Shown: positions 35,395-45,279, counted from the stretch's first letter. The stretch: 64,000 nt of DNA from Candidatus Onthoplasma sp. (GCA_045637825.1 JAZUAD010000036.1:17816-81815), one strand, 5' to 3'. Notes: generated from the sequence alone by a model not told the origin. Translations and numbers: made by a program.

Positions 35395-38300
35395 ATGAAA
35401 ATTAAAAAGTTAGTTGTAAGTTTGGGTGTTGCTATAACATTTATTTTGGCACTAGTTGTAAGTTTGGTGGCTAATTTCAGCACTCCAAAACCTACATATA
35501 ATGCAGGAAATGAGGATATCGTTACTAATGATACAAATGTATCGGTAAATAACGAAAAGCCAAAGACTATTGTGTATAATAGTCAAGATGTTGTATTAAG
35601 GACGGGTACTAATAATCTAAACTATAGTTATACTCCAGATGTTAATGCTACTGACGAAACACCTGAAGTTGTGGCGTATGAATATAGATTTGGTAACCCT
35701 AATAGTTACAAGATGGCGGTTGGTTTAAGTAGTATTGATAGTGAAAGCGTTAATATTAGTTATATGTATAGTGATAGCAAACTTGATTTATCAGGCGACC
35801 TTACTACATATACCAAGTTTAAAACTCAAGCAATAAATACAGGCGCTGGACATAAGTATATTTATGTGTTTATTACACCTAAAAATGGCTCTATCCCTGC
35901 TGATTTTACTACCACACTTTATTGGAATTTGGGTACAGCGGGTGAAGTGAGAGTGGTTAACCCAGATAGTTCTGTAACTACTGAGACTATTATTAGAGGT
36001 CAACAAGTAGATGTATCAGAGTTTGAGGAAAAGGCACCAAATAATTATAAAACTGTATATTATTATGATGCGGCTTGCACAATCCCTGCCATCTTTCCAT
36101 TAAAGGGAACAGGACAACAGTTGTATGCTCAATTTGAATGTACTGGCAATTTACCTAGCGACTGGATTGCTTGGGATGAGTATAGTAGTAGTTATAATAT
36201 GATTGACCCGTATGGATATTATTATGTATGTGACGATATTTATGATGATAATGGTGAATGGATTGGATTTAATGAATATCTAGCACCTTCCAACTCAGGC
36301 CCATTTAGTAAACTGCCTGAAGATTTATATATACCAGAAAAGTATGATGATGGCGTGCATGGAGAGGCATATATTACAGCAATACCTTATGGATGTATGG
36401 ATTATTATGAAACAAATTATTTTTCGTTTCTTACCTATGAAAATGTAACAAGTATTACCATATTGGCACCTATTACTGAAATACCATATTGGTCATTTAG
36501 TAACCTAGATAGTTTAACCACTGTAAAAATTAAAAACGGAGCAAATTTAACTACAATATATGGTACAGCATTCTATGGTTGTAGCAATTTAACTAGTGTA
36601 GACTTAAGCAATTGTACCAGTTTAACTACAATAGATGGTTATGCATTCTATGATTGTAGCAATTTAACCAGTATAGATTTAAGTACTTGCACCAGTTTAA
36701 CTACAATATATAGTTCTGCATTCTATAATTGTACAAGCTTAACTAGTATAACATTACCAACTAGTTTAACTACAATATATAGTTCTGCATTCGAAAGATG
36801 TTTTTCACTAGGTATAGTATACAATCTATCCGGTTTAACAATAACAGCGGGAAGTAGTAGTAATGGTTATGTGGCATATTATGCTTATGTAGTAAAAACA
36901 AGTTTGGATACTACAAATAAATTTGAAACCATAAATGGAGTAAACTATTATAAGGATAGTAACACAAGTTATATTGCTCTAGGATTAGCAGATACAAGTT
37001 TAACCAGTATAACCTTGCATGCTAATACAACAGCAATTAAATATAAAGCATTCGCTGATTGTAAAACTTTAACTAGTGTAAATTTGAGTAATAGTACAAG
37101 TTTAACCAGTATAAGAAGTTATGCATTTAATTCTTGTACTAACTTAACTAGTGTAACCCTACCAAGTAGTTTAACCACAATAGAAATTTTTGCATTCGCT
37201 GGTTGTAGAAGTTTAACCACTATAACTTTACCAAGCAGTTTAACCACAATAGGAAGTTCTGCATTTAGTGGTTGTTATGCCTTAGGAGTAGTATACAATT
37301 TATCAAGTTTAACAATAACTGCAGGAGCGAACACTAATGGTTATGTAGCGTATTATGCTTATGTAGTTAAAACAAGTTTGGGTAATAGTGATATTGAAAC
37401 AATAGGTGGAGTAAATTATTATAAAGAAAGTAGTACAAGTTATATTGCATTAGGTTTAGCAGATACAAGATTAACTAGCATAACTTTACATGCTAAAACA
37501 ACTGTAATTAGACCTTATGCATTTTATAATCGTGATAATTTAACAAGTATAGATTTCAGTAATTGTGTAAATTTAACCTCAATAGGAAGTTCTGCATTCT
37601 ATGATTGTGAGGGTTTGACAAGTATAACTTTACCAAGTAGTTTAACCACAATAGGAAGTTCTGCATTCTATGATTGTAGCAAGTTAACCAGTATAGATTT
37701 CAGTAATTGTACAAATTTAACCACAATAGGAAGTAATGCATTCTATAATTGTGATAGTTTAACAAGTATAGATTTAAGCAATTGTACAAAGTTAACTACA
37801 ATAGAAAGTTATGCATTCATATATTGTAACAATTTAACAAGTATAGTAATACCAGCCAGTGTAACAAGTATAGGAACTTCTGCATTCTATGGATGTTATG
37901 CATTAGGTGTAGTATATAATTTATCAAGTTTAGCTATAACAGCGGGCAATACTGGTAATGGTTATGTGGCATATTATGCTTATATAGTAAAAACAAGTTT
38001 GGATAATAGTGATATAGAAACAATAGAAGGAGTATCCTATTATAAGGAAAGCGATACCAGTTATATTGCACTAGGTTTAGTAGATACAAGTTTAACTAAC
38101 ATAACTTTACATGCGAATACAACACAAATTAAACCTTATGCATTTTATAACAATGAAACTTTAACTAATGTAAATTTAAGCAATTGTACAAAGTTAACTA
38201 CAATAGAAAGGTATGTATTCTATAATTGTAATGGTTTAACAAGTATAACCTTACCAAGCAGCTTAACTACAATAAGTGATGAAGTGTTCTGTGGTTGTAG

Positions 38301-38634
38301 TAGTTTAACAAGTATAACATTACCAAGCGGTTTAACCAAAATAGGAGAAAAAGCATTCTATGGATGCGTCAGTTTGACAAGCATAACAATTCCAGCAAGA
38401 GTCAAAACAATAGGTCATGGTGCATTTAAGGGTTTATCAAATTCAAGTATTATATTTGAACAAACAAGTGGTTGGTATCAAGTCTTTTCATCTAGTGAGT
38501 CTGGAACAAAAGTAGACGTAACAGAAAATAGTTCTTTCCTTTATACTCTTAGTTCAGAAAACGGTATTTTCTATTTCTTATATAACACTAATGAGGGCGG
38601 AAACAATACCGATTGTCCAGAAATTATTATTTAA
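35395..38634 (+). CDS. BspA-type leucine-rich repeat (LRR_5-like) cell-surface protein
   Basis: Signal/anchor MKIKKLVVSLGVAITFILALVV. Dozens of ~23-aa units of the form L[TS]SIxLPxSLTTIGSSAFxxCxxL. ATG at 35395 with AAAGGGGTAGG SD. The ORF-track TTG at 35332 coincides with the -35 box TTGACT. Confidence 0.85.
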   Translation: MKIKKLVVSLGVAITFILALVVSLVANFSTPKPTYNAGNEDIVTNDTNVSVNNEKPKTIVYNSQDVVLRTGTNNLNYSYTPDVNATDETPEVVAYEYRFGNPNSYKMAVGLSSIDSESVNISYMYSDSKLDLSGDLTTYTKFKTQAINTGAGHKYIYVFITPKNGSIPADFTTTLYWNLGTAGEVRVVNPDSSVTTETIIRGQQVDVSEFEEKAPNNYKTVYYYDAACTIPAIFPLKGTGQQLYAQFECTGNLPSDWIAWDEYSSSYNMIDPYGYYYVCDDIYDDNGEWIGFNEYLAPSNSGPFSKLPEDLYIPEKYDDGVHGEAYITAIPYGCMDYYETNYFSFLTYENVTSITILAPITEIPYWSFSNLDSLTTVKIKNGANLTTIYGTAFYGCSNLTSVDLSNCTSLTTIDGYAFYDCSNLTSIDLSTCTSLTTIYSSAFYNCTSLTSITLPTSLTTIYSSAFERCFSLGIVYNLSGLTITAGSSSNGYVAYYAYVVKTSLDTTNKFETINGVNYYKDSNTSYIALGLADTSLTSITLHANTTAIKYKAFADCKTLTSVNLSNSTSLTSIRSYAFNSCTNLTSVTLPSSLTTIEIFAFAGCRSLTTITLPSSLTTIGSSAFSGCYALGVVYNLSSLTITAGANTNGYVAYYAYVVKTSLGNSDIETIGGVNYYKESSTSYIALGLADTRLTSITLHAKTTVIRPYAFYNRDNLTSIDFSNCVNLTSIGSSAFYDCEGLTSITLPSSLTTIGSSAFYDCSKLTSIDFSNCTNLTTIGSNAFYNCDSLTSIDLSNCTKLTTIESYAFIYCNNLTSIVIPASVTSIGTSAFYGCYALGVVYNLSSLAITAGNTGNGYVAYYAYIVKTSLDNSDIETIEGVSYYKESDTSYIALGLVDTSLTNITLHANTTQIKPYAFYNNETLTNVNLSNCTKLTTIERYVFYNCNGLTSITLPSSLTTISDEVFCGCSSLTSITLPSGLTKIGEKAFYGCVSLTSITIPARVKTIGHGAFKGLSNSSIIFEQTSGWYQVFSSSESGTKVDVTENSSFLYTLSSENGIFYFLYNTNEGGNNTDCPEIII
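36480..38440 (+). repeat. Intragenic tandem LRR array including three long super-repeats
   Basis: Near-identical DNA blocks start at 36811, 37285 and 37906 (LG[IV]VYNLS[GS]L[TA]ITAG...NGYVAYYAY[VI]VKTSL...YIALGL[AV]DT.LT.ITLHA). Confidence 0.85.
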
Positions 38635-38641
38635 TATAATT

Positions 38642-38677
38642 AAAAAAGTTTGTTTGGTTTTCAAGCAAACTTTTTTT
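38642..38677 (+). terminator. Rho-independent terminator after the LRR gene
   Basis: AAGTTTGCTTG-type stem (AAAGTTTGTTTGG / TCAAGCAAACTTT) followed by a T-run. Confidence 0.65.
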
Positions 38678-38751
38678 GTGGGTTAAAATTATTTGACCTT
38701 TTTGTGAATATATTATATAATATATTTTAGAATTTATTTTAGAGGTGAAAT

Positions 38752-39759
38752 ATGAAAATAGTTGTTGATGCTTTTGGTGGGGATTATGCTCCACAGGAGA
38801 TAGTTTTAGGTTGTATTGAGGCGGTTAAGCGCAACCCTGAGGTTAATCTGGTGCTTGCGGGGGATAAGGACCAGTTGGAAAAGGAATTTATGCACGATAT
38901 GTATGCTAGCGACCGCATTGAAATTATCCATGCGCCTGATATTATTACCAATAACGACCACCCTGCACAAGCAATTAGGCAAAAGCCAAGCTCATCTATT
39001 GTGGTTGCCTACGACTATTTGCGTAAGAACGATGATGCAATAGGTCTTATTAGTGCGGGTAGTACAGGTGCTACACTTACTGGGGCTATTTTAAAGTTGG
39101 GTCGTATTAAAAACGTATCTAGGCCAGCGCTTGCGCCTATTTTACCTACTATGACAGGTGGTCAAGTGTTGCTTTGCGATTGCGGTGCAAATGTGGACTG
39201 CAAGCCAATCAATCTTGTGCATTTTGCATTAATGGGTACTGCCTATATGAAGGCGCAAGGCGTGGAAAATCCTAAGGTTGCTTTACTTAACGTTGGTACT
39301 GAGGACGAAAAGGGCGATGAACTAACCAAGGAAACCTTTGGTTTATTAAAGGAAAACAAGCATATCAACTTTGTAGGTAATGTTGAGGCACGTGACGTGC
39401 TTAAGGGTAATGTTGATGTGGTTGTTTGTGATGGATTTGCTGGAAACGTATGTCTAAAGACCTTGGAAGGCACAGTTGAACTATTGTTTGGCGCCATTAA
39501 GAAGGAAGTTAAGGCAAGTGTGTTGGCTAAAATTGGCTATGCCTTGTTTATGAAAGGCGCCTTTAAAAAGGTTAAAGCACGTCTGGATTACAAAAAGTTT
39601 GGTGGAGCGCCACTTCTAGGAACTGCTAAAATCGTTATTAAATGTCACGGAAATAGCAAGGCAAGTTCTATTGCTAATGCTATTGAGCAAGTGATGACTT
39701 TACATAAAAACGGAATGATTGAAAATATTAGCGAGGCAGTAGTTGTTGATGAAGAATAA
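38752..39759 (+). CDS. plsX: Phosphate acyltransferase PlsX
   Basis: MKIVVDAFGGDYAP N-terminus, GSTGA, and VCDGFAGNV motifs. Confidence 0.93.
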   Translation: MKIVVDAFGGDYAPQEIVLGCIEAVKRNPEVNLVLAGDKDQLEKEFMHDMYASDRIEIIHAPDIITNNDHPAQAIRQKPSSSIVVAYDYLRKNDDAIGLISAGSTGATLTGAILKLGRIKNVSRPALAPILPTMTGGQVLLCDCGANVDCKPINLVHFALMGTAYMKAQGVENPKVALLNVGTEDEKGDELTKETFGLLKENKHINFVGNVEARDVLKGNVDVVVCDGFAGNVCLKTLEGTVELLFGAIKKEVKASVLAKIGYALFMKGAFKKVKARLDYKKFGGAPLLGTAKIVIKCHGNSKASSIANAIEQVMTLHKNGMIENISEAVVVDEE

Positions 39760-40414
39760 TTTTTTAGAAACCTTTAATAGTTGCGATGAAAAATTAAAGG
39801 ATATCGCCTTTACACACGTTAGTTATGCCAACGAACATAAGGCAACTAGTAATGAGCGATTGGAATATCTTGGAGATAGCGTTTTGGGGCTGATTGTTGG
39901 CGATTATTTGTACAACAATTATCCTGTAAATGAAGGCAAATTAAGCAAAGTTCGTAGCACTTTTGTTTGTACTCAAAACCTAAGCGCCATTGCAAAAGAA
40001 TTGGGTATTAAAAATCGCATTAAAGTAGGCCACAGCTTAAAAAAAGATGATATTTCAGATGCAATCCTTGAAGACACTATAGAAAGTATGATTGCCGTTA
40101 TTTATCTTTGCAAAGGACTAAAAGTTGCTTACAAAGTGGTGACAGAACTACTTGATATTAAGGCAAAACTTAAAAAGGGTGTAAAACCAACCGATTATAA
40201 GAGCGAATTGATTGAATATGCTAACAAAAACAAACTTAAAATTGAGTTTGTGGCATCAACCTATTTAACTAAGGGCGGTCAAACCAACTTTAAAAGTGGC
40301 GTGCGCCTAAATGGTGAGTTTTATAAGTACGGCACAGGTTCAACAAAGCGTGAAGCAGAACAAAATGCGTCAAGGTTGACACTGGCAAAAATTGAAAAAG
40401 ATAATAAAAAGTAG
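39749..40414 (+). CDS. rnc: Ribonuclease III
   Basis: ERLEYLGDSVLG catalytic signature and a C-terminal dsRBD (GSTKREAEQNASR). The ATG at 39749 overlaps the plsX stop by 11 nt. Confidence 0.9.
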   Translation: MKNNFLETFNSCDEKLKDIAFTHVSYANEHKATSNERLEYLGDSVLGLIVGDYLYNNYPVNEGKLSKVRSTFVCTQNLSAIAKELGIKNRIKVGHSLKKDDISDAILEDTIESMIAVIYLCKGLKVAYKVVTELLDIKAKLKKGVKPTDYKSELIEYANKNKLKIEFVASTYLTKGGQTNFKSGVRLNGEFYKYGTGSTKREAEQNASRLTLAKIEKDNKK

Positions 40415-40423
40415 GAATTTATT

Positions 40424-40942
40424 TTGATTATAACAAGTGAATCTTTAGAGCAAAATATTGATAAAAAAATTAAATATTTTAGCGATAAAACATATATTTT
40501 AAGCATTATTAACACCGAAGAAAACTTCGGTGTTGTTTGCTATTTAATTAATGATGTTTGGCAACCATTTTGTTATGATTATGGTGTAAGTAAGTTTAAA
40601 TCTAAGGCAAAAACTTATGGAGAACTAGTTAATAGTATTCCATCACTTAATCGCGATAATATTGCAGATATTAAAGGTAAATTTTATAATACTTTTGACA
40701 CACCTGTTGAAGTAAATAATGAAATTTTAACTACAACTTTTGAAATTATAGATAATGGGAAAACTAATATAATTGAGCGCAAAACTTATTATCTTATAAC
40801 CGATGTTCAAGAGTTGGAACGTACATTTAATTCAAATATTTTGCCTTGCGAAATTATTAATTTTAACAATATTAATGAACTATATAAGGGGAAAAAAGTT
40901 GATGAAAGTTTAAAATATATTGTTACGAATATTTTAAAATAA
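40424..40942 (+). CDS. Hypothetical protein
   Basis: 172-aa ORF with a TTG start 10 nt after the rnc stop. No recognisable motif. Confidence 0.45.
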   Translation: MIITSESLEQNIDKKIKYFSDKTYILSIINTEENFGVVCYLINDVWQPFCYDYGVSKFKSKAKTYGELVNSIPSLNRDNIADIKGKFYNTFDTPVEVNNEILTTTFEIIDNGKTNIIERKTYYLITDVQELERTFNSNILPCEIINFNNINELYKGKKVDESLKYIVTNILK

Positions 40943-41033
40943 ATATTTAATTCAACAAATATAACCATTTGTGTTGTGCAAATTTTATAAAATGTAGTGT
41001 ATCATATAATCGTATCATAAAGGAGGTAAGATT

Positions 41034-41387
41034 ATGGATACAAATAAAATTTATGCAGAACATATTGCCAACGAATATTCTAAAAAGGAAACTAGCAAGG
41101 TTAATCAATTACGCAAACTTGATGCTAAGGCAAAGCGACCAGCCAGTATTTTTGCTTATACATTCGGTATTATTAGTTCACTAGTATTAGGGACTGGTAT
41201 GAGTCTAGCGATGGGGGTTGTAGGTAGTGGTAATATTGCATTTCTTGGCGGAGTTTTGATAGGTGGTTTAGGACTTGTTTGTTGTGGCTTTAACTATCCT
41301 TTTTATAAAAAACTTTTGCAACGTGGCAAAGATAAATATGCTTCTGATATACTTCGTTTAGCAAAAGAAATTAGTGAAGAAGAATAA
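41034..41387 (+). CDS. Small membrane protein, function unknown
   Basis: AAAGGAGG SD. Charged N-terminus and two glycine-rich TM helices. Confidence 0.65.
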   Translation: MDTNKIYAEHIANEYSKKETSKVNQLRKLDAKAKRPASIFAYTFGIISSLVLGTGMSLAMGVVGSGNIAFLGGVLIGGLGLVCCGFNYPFYKKLLQRGKDKYASDILRLAKEISEEE

Positions 41388-41403
41388 ATAGGAGGGCGGT
41401 ATT

Positions 41404-41991
41404 ATGAATAAGGCAGAAAGTAAATATTATAATACTGCTCTTTTGATGAATCAATCACTAATAGAGTTGTTAGATAAAAAAGATTATGAATTTATTACAA
41501 TTAAAGAAATTTGTGCTAAGGCAGGAGTAAATCGTTCCACTTTTTATTTACATTATGAAACCAAGGAAGATTTATTAGAAGAATGTATTAAAAATACAAA
41601 CAAGCATTTTTTAACTTATTTTAACGAAAAAACTAAGACATTTGTTGATAAGATTATATCTTGCCCACTAGAGGATTTAATTTTAATTACACACGAATAT
41701 TTATTTCCATATTTAAATTATATTAGGGAAAATAAAATTATACATAAGGTAGCAGTTAAACACAAAATTGTTATGAATAGTGTTGAAAAATTTAATTCGC
41801 TAAATAAATATATTTTCAAGCCAATTTTTAGAAGATTTGGAGTTGATGAAAAATCATCAAAATACATAATATTATATTATCTTAATGGAGTAAACGCAAT
41901 TATTAATGAGTGGATACTAAATGGTTGTAAAGATGATATAGATTACATAGAAAGAATAATTATTGATTGTATTAGACCGCATAATTACTAA
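41404..41991 (+). CDS. TetR/AcrR family transcriptional regulator
   Basis: ITIKEICAKAGVNRSTFYLHY HTH signature. AGGAGGG SD. Confidence 0.85.
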   Translation: MNKAESKYYNTALLMNQSLIELLDKKDYEFITIKEICAKAGVNRSTFYLHYETKEDLLEECIKNTNKHFLTYFNEKTKTFVDKIISCPLEDLILITHEYLFPYLNYIRENKIIHKVAVKHKIVMNSVEKFNSLNKYIFKPIFRRFGVDEKSSKYIILYYLNGVNAIINEWILNGCKDDIDYIERIIIDCIRPHNY

Positions 41992-42177
41992 TAAAAAATA
42001 AAAGCAAGCAATATTGTTTGCTTATTTTTTATAAAATTTATGTTGCTTATTGGTCTACATTGCTTAAAATAAGATGTGGCGCAATGGGCTAGTTGGAAAT
42101 TTGTAAAATTTGTTGATTTTTTTGTTTGGTATTGCTACAATTTTACTATACACGTGTAAAAACAAAAAGGAGATAAA

Positions 42178-43230
42178 ATGGAAAAGAAAAAGTTTGGAGA
42201 GTTTATCAAAGCTAACCGACTAAAAAAAGGTCTTACTCAAAAAGGATTGGCGGATTTATTGTTTATTGATGTAACAGCGGTGTCCAAGTGGGAAAGGGGT
42301 GTAAGTTATCCGGATATTACATTAATTTCGGGTATTTGTAAAAACCTTGATATTAGCGAAAAGGAACTTATTGAAAGTAGTAACGATAGCGAATATCATA
42401 AGATGAAAAACGAGGCAAAAAAATGGCGTGCGTTTAGTATGTCGTGGAGTTTATTCTTTTATATATCTTATGCTATCACATTAATTCCGTGCTTTATTTG
42501 TGATTTGTCAATTAATAAGGGTTTAACTTGGTTCTGGATTGTATTGTCAGCACTACTACTTGCATTTACATTTACTAATCTACCAAAATTAATTAAAAAA
42601 CATAAACTGATATTAATTCCCCTTTCAATGTTTACGGCTTTATGTATACTGTTAGGCGTTTGTTGCATTTACACCAAAGGTGATTGGTTCTTTGTTGCAA
42701 CCTTGTCGGTATTGCTTGGCTTAATTGTAATATTTGTGCCAATTATTATTGCAAAGTACAAGGTATTTAGTCCTATCAAAAAGTATGGCGACTTTGTATC
42801 ACTTGGTATTGATTTTGGTATGTTGAATATTTTATTAATAGTGTGTGATTTGTATGCTGTGTCAAATAATTTTGTATCAAAACATTGGTATTTTACTTTT
42901 GGTTTGTCAATTAGTTTAATTATATATGCGATACTAAATATTCTACTTTGTGTAAAGTTCCTAAAAACCAACAAACCAATAAAAACAAGTATTGTATTAA
43001 CATTAATAAATTTATTTGCATACGTTCCGCCACTATTCTTAAATGTTAAAAATGCATCACTTCAAAGAGAACTTAAAGAGGCAAATGTGTTTAAAGCAGA
43101 TTTTTCACACTGGTCAACGCATATAGACAATAATATCCATTGTATAATTGCACTAACTTTGCTAGGTTTATCATTATTATTCCTAATAGGCGGTTTGCTA
43201 TTATATTATAAACGTAAAAGAGTAAAATAA
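42178..43230 (+). CDS. XRE-family HTH protein fused to a polytopic membrane domain
   Basis: LTQKGLADLLFIDVTAVSKWERG HTH followed by about 8 TM segments. Confidence 0.75.
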   Translation: MEKKKFGEFIKANRLKKGLTQKGLADLLFIDVTAVSKWERGVSYPDITLISGICKNLDISEKELIESSNDSEYHKMKNEAKKWRAFSMSWSLFFYISYAITLIPCFICDLSINKGLTWFWIVLSALLLAFTFTNLPKLIKKHKLILIPLSMFTALCILLGVCCIYTKGDWFFVATLSVLLGLIVIFVPIIIAKYKVFSPIKKYGDFVSLGIDFGMLNILLIVCDLYAVSNNFVSKHWYFTFGLSISLIIYAILNILLCVKFLKTNKPIKTSIVLTLINLFAYVPPLFLNVKNASLQRELKEANVFKADFSHWSTHIDNNIHCIIALTLLGLSLLFLIGGLLLYYKRKRVK

Positions 43231-43237
43231 TAAAAAC

Positions 43238-43268
43238 AAAAAACTTGAATTTTGTGTTCAAGTTTTTT
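43238..43268 (+). terminator. Rho-independent terminator
   Basis: AAAAACTTGAA-TTTTGTG-TTCAAGTTTTTT. Confidence 0.7.
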
Positions 43269-43346
43269 AATATTTTGAATTTAAATTACGTATAAATGAT
43301 ACACTTATTAAAGTTTTATGTTATAATACATTTAAAGAGGGTTTTT

Positions 43347-43829
43347 ATGGGTAGTTATTTCTATGAAAAATCAAAAATGTATTATGAAAAGTACAAAGCA
43401 GGAAAACTCACAAAGAAAGTAGGAAGCATTGTTAAAGACGGAAACAAATACCTTACAATTCTTAGAGCGGGTAAAAGACCAATGTTTGCAGGTGGTAGTG
43501 TTGATGAAGGTGAAACAACAAGACAAGCTATTGTAAGAGAAGTTTTGGAAGAAACCGGTGCAAAGGTTATCAAACTAAAATATCTTGCAAAAGAATATTA
43601 CTCAGTTGATTGGGAATTCGAAGGCGTTACATTCCCAAACAAAAGAGTTGAATATACCTATCTTTGTGAAGTTGAAAAGGGTGATTATAGCGCGCAAGGT
43701 TTAGAAGGCGAGTTTGATAAGGATACCACAATAAAATGGTGCACTATCCAAGAACTTGAAGAATTAGGGATGTGGGGACCAACGCTTGAACTTGTTAAAC
43801 GAGTAGAAAGAGAACATATAGAATTATAA
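43347..43829 (+). CDS. NUDIX hydrolase
   Basis: GGSVDEGETTRQAIVREVLEETG Nudix box. ATG at 43347 with AGAGGG SD. The upstream extension in the ORF track overlaps the TTATAAT -10. Confidence 0.85.
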   Translation: MGSYFYEKSKMYYEKYKAGKLTKKVGSIVKDGNKYLTILRAGKRPMFAGGSVDEGETTRQAIVREVLEETGAKVIKLKYLAKEYYSVDWEFEGVTFPNKRVEYTYLCEVEKGDYSAQGLEGEFDKDTTIKWCTIQELEELGMWGPTLELVKRVEREHIEL

Positions 43830-43840
43830 ATTGGAGCAAT

Positions 43841-44500
43841 ATGAAGGCAGTAGTATTTGATTTTGATGGAACTCTAACAGAAAAGAAGGGCAATCTTTGG
43901 AAAAGAATATGGAAAGAGTTAGGACATAGAGTTGATGAAGATTCTTACTATATGAGTTTATTAAATAAATTTATGAATGGAAATCTAACACATAAAGATT
44001 GGTGTATAGCTACTCTTGAAGCTTTTAAGGAAAAAGGATTTACTAAACAAAAACTTTATGAAATCATTAAAGGTATGTCTTTAATTCAAGGCGCAGAAGA
44101 TTTAATTAAACATCTATATTCGCAAGGTATAGAACTACACATTGTTAGTGGCAATATCATTTCAGTTATTGAAAAAGTGTTAGGTGAAAACAAACAATAT
44201 ATATCCAATATCAAAGCAAATGAGTTTGTATTTGATGAAAATGGATATATAACGGAAATTGTTGGAACAAAATACGACCATGAAGGTAAGGCTACTTTTA
44301 TTTTAGAACTTTGTGAAAGAAAAGGATATAAACCTAGTGAAGTGTTATTTATTGGCAATAGCATAAATGATGAATGGGTTTATAAATCAGGTGCAAGAAC
44401 TTTATGCGTAAATCCTGATGAAACCAAGATTGATAATAAAACAATATGGAATAAAGTTATTTATACTGATAACTTATTAGATTTAGAAAAAGAAATATAA
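43841..44500 (+). CDS. HAD-superfamily hydrolase (subfamily IB, phosphoserine-phosphatase-like)
   Basis: VVFDFDGTLT motif I, VSGN motif II, GNSINDEW motif III/IV. Confidence 0.8.
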   Translation: MKAVVFDFDGTLTEKKGNLWKRIWKELGHRVDEDSYYMSLLNKFMNGNLTHKDWCIATLEAFKEKGFTKQKLYEIIKGMSLIQGAEDLIKHLYSQGIELHIVSGNIISVIEKVLGENKQYISNIKANEFVFDENGYITEIVGTKYDHEGKATFILELCERKGYKPSEVLFIGNSINDEWVYKSGARTLCVNPDETKIDNKTIWNKVIYTDNLLDLEKEI

Positions 44501-44616
44501 AGGAATTGAGTATAATGATATAGGAAGTTTTGAGAAAGATGAAGAATGGATACGGACAAACTAAAATGAAAGAACATGGCGTTTAATTTGTTTTGTATAA
44601 AATTCTATCACCCTAA

Positions 44617-44649
44617 ATAAAAACTTGAACTTAGCGTTCAAGTTTTTTT
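44617..44649. terminator. Bidirectional rho-independent terminator
   Basis: AAAAACTTGAA-CTTAGCG-TTCAAGTTTTTTT. The arms are identical to those of the terminator at 43238-43268. Confidence 0.7.
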
Positions 44650-44661
44650 GTTTTATATTGA

Positions 44662-45279
44662 TTATTTGCTTTGATTGATGATATCTTCAACTTGATGTTC
44701 AACGTCGTCGTTCCATATTTTAAGAAGTTGTTGGATTAGTCTAAAACTTTTATCATCAGTTTGTTTAGATTGCTTTGCAGAAAGTGTTTCTTGTTGAGTT
44801 TGCTTGTTTGCAATTATTTTTTCTTCACTTTGCTTGTTGGAGGTTGTGTTTTGCTGTTTTTTGTTTAATTTGTCTAAATATTTAACAAATAGGGCAAAGC
44901 GATTTGAACAATCAATTTGTTTTTTTTCTTCTAATTTATCTAACCAGGCGTGAAATTTTTCCTTAAGTCCATATTTTTTTAATACAGGCCAAGGAGTGTG
45001 ATACACAACTTTGCAGCTTAATAAAGATTTGATAAAGTTAGAATTACGAGAATTTGAATAGTCATTAATTATAAAAATCGTTGCCAATCTAGTGGAATAA
45101 CTCATTGCAATCCCTGGAATAGTTGATAATTCTTGATAACTTATATTATAAATATCTCCAACAGTTTTAAAGTTAGAACGTAAAATATTAGCAATAGTAT
45201 CAGTAAGGTTATGACGATTAATTTTTAAATAATTTACTAATTCATCAATAGAAGTTTCCTTATTAATTGTAATATCCAT
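44662..45279 (-). CDS. Hypothetical protein with an N-terminal helix-hairpin-helix-like segment
   Basis: TVGDIYNISYQELSTIPGIAMSYSTRLA resembles an HhH motif. Q/K-rich low-complexity C-terminal half. Confidence 0.5.
   Translation of the reverse strand: MDITINKETSIDELVNYLKINRHNLTDTIANILRSNFKTVGDIYNISYQELSTIPGIAMSYSTRLATIFIINDYSNSRNSNFIKSLLSCKVVYHTPWPVLKKYGLKEKFHAWLDKLEEKKQIDCSNRFALFVKYLDKLNKKQQNTTSNKQSEEKIIANKQTQQETLSAKQSKQTDDKSFRLIQQLLKIWNDDVEHQVEDIINQSK

Noticed and set aside
36480-38440. Regularly spaced repeats that could be mistaken for a CRISPR array or satellite
   Set aside because: The repeats are in frame within one long ORF and encode ~23-aa leucine-rich repeat units. There is no repeat-spacer structure.
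44538-44585. 15-codon ORF (MKNGYGQTKMKEHGV) in the HAD-downstream spacer
   Set aside because: It has only a weak SD-like sequence, no associated structure or partner, and no compositional signal. It is probably noise or a gene remnant.
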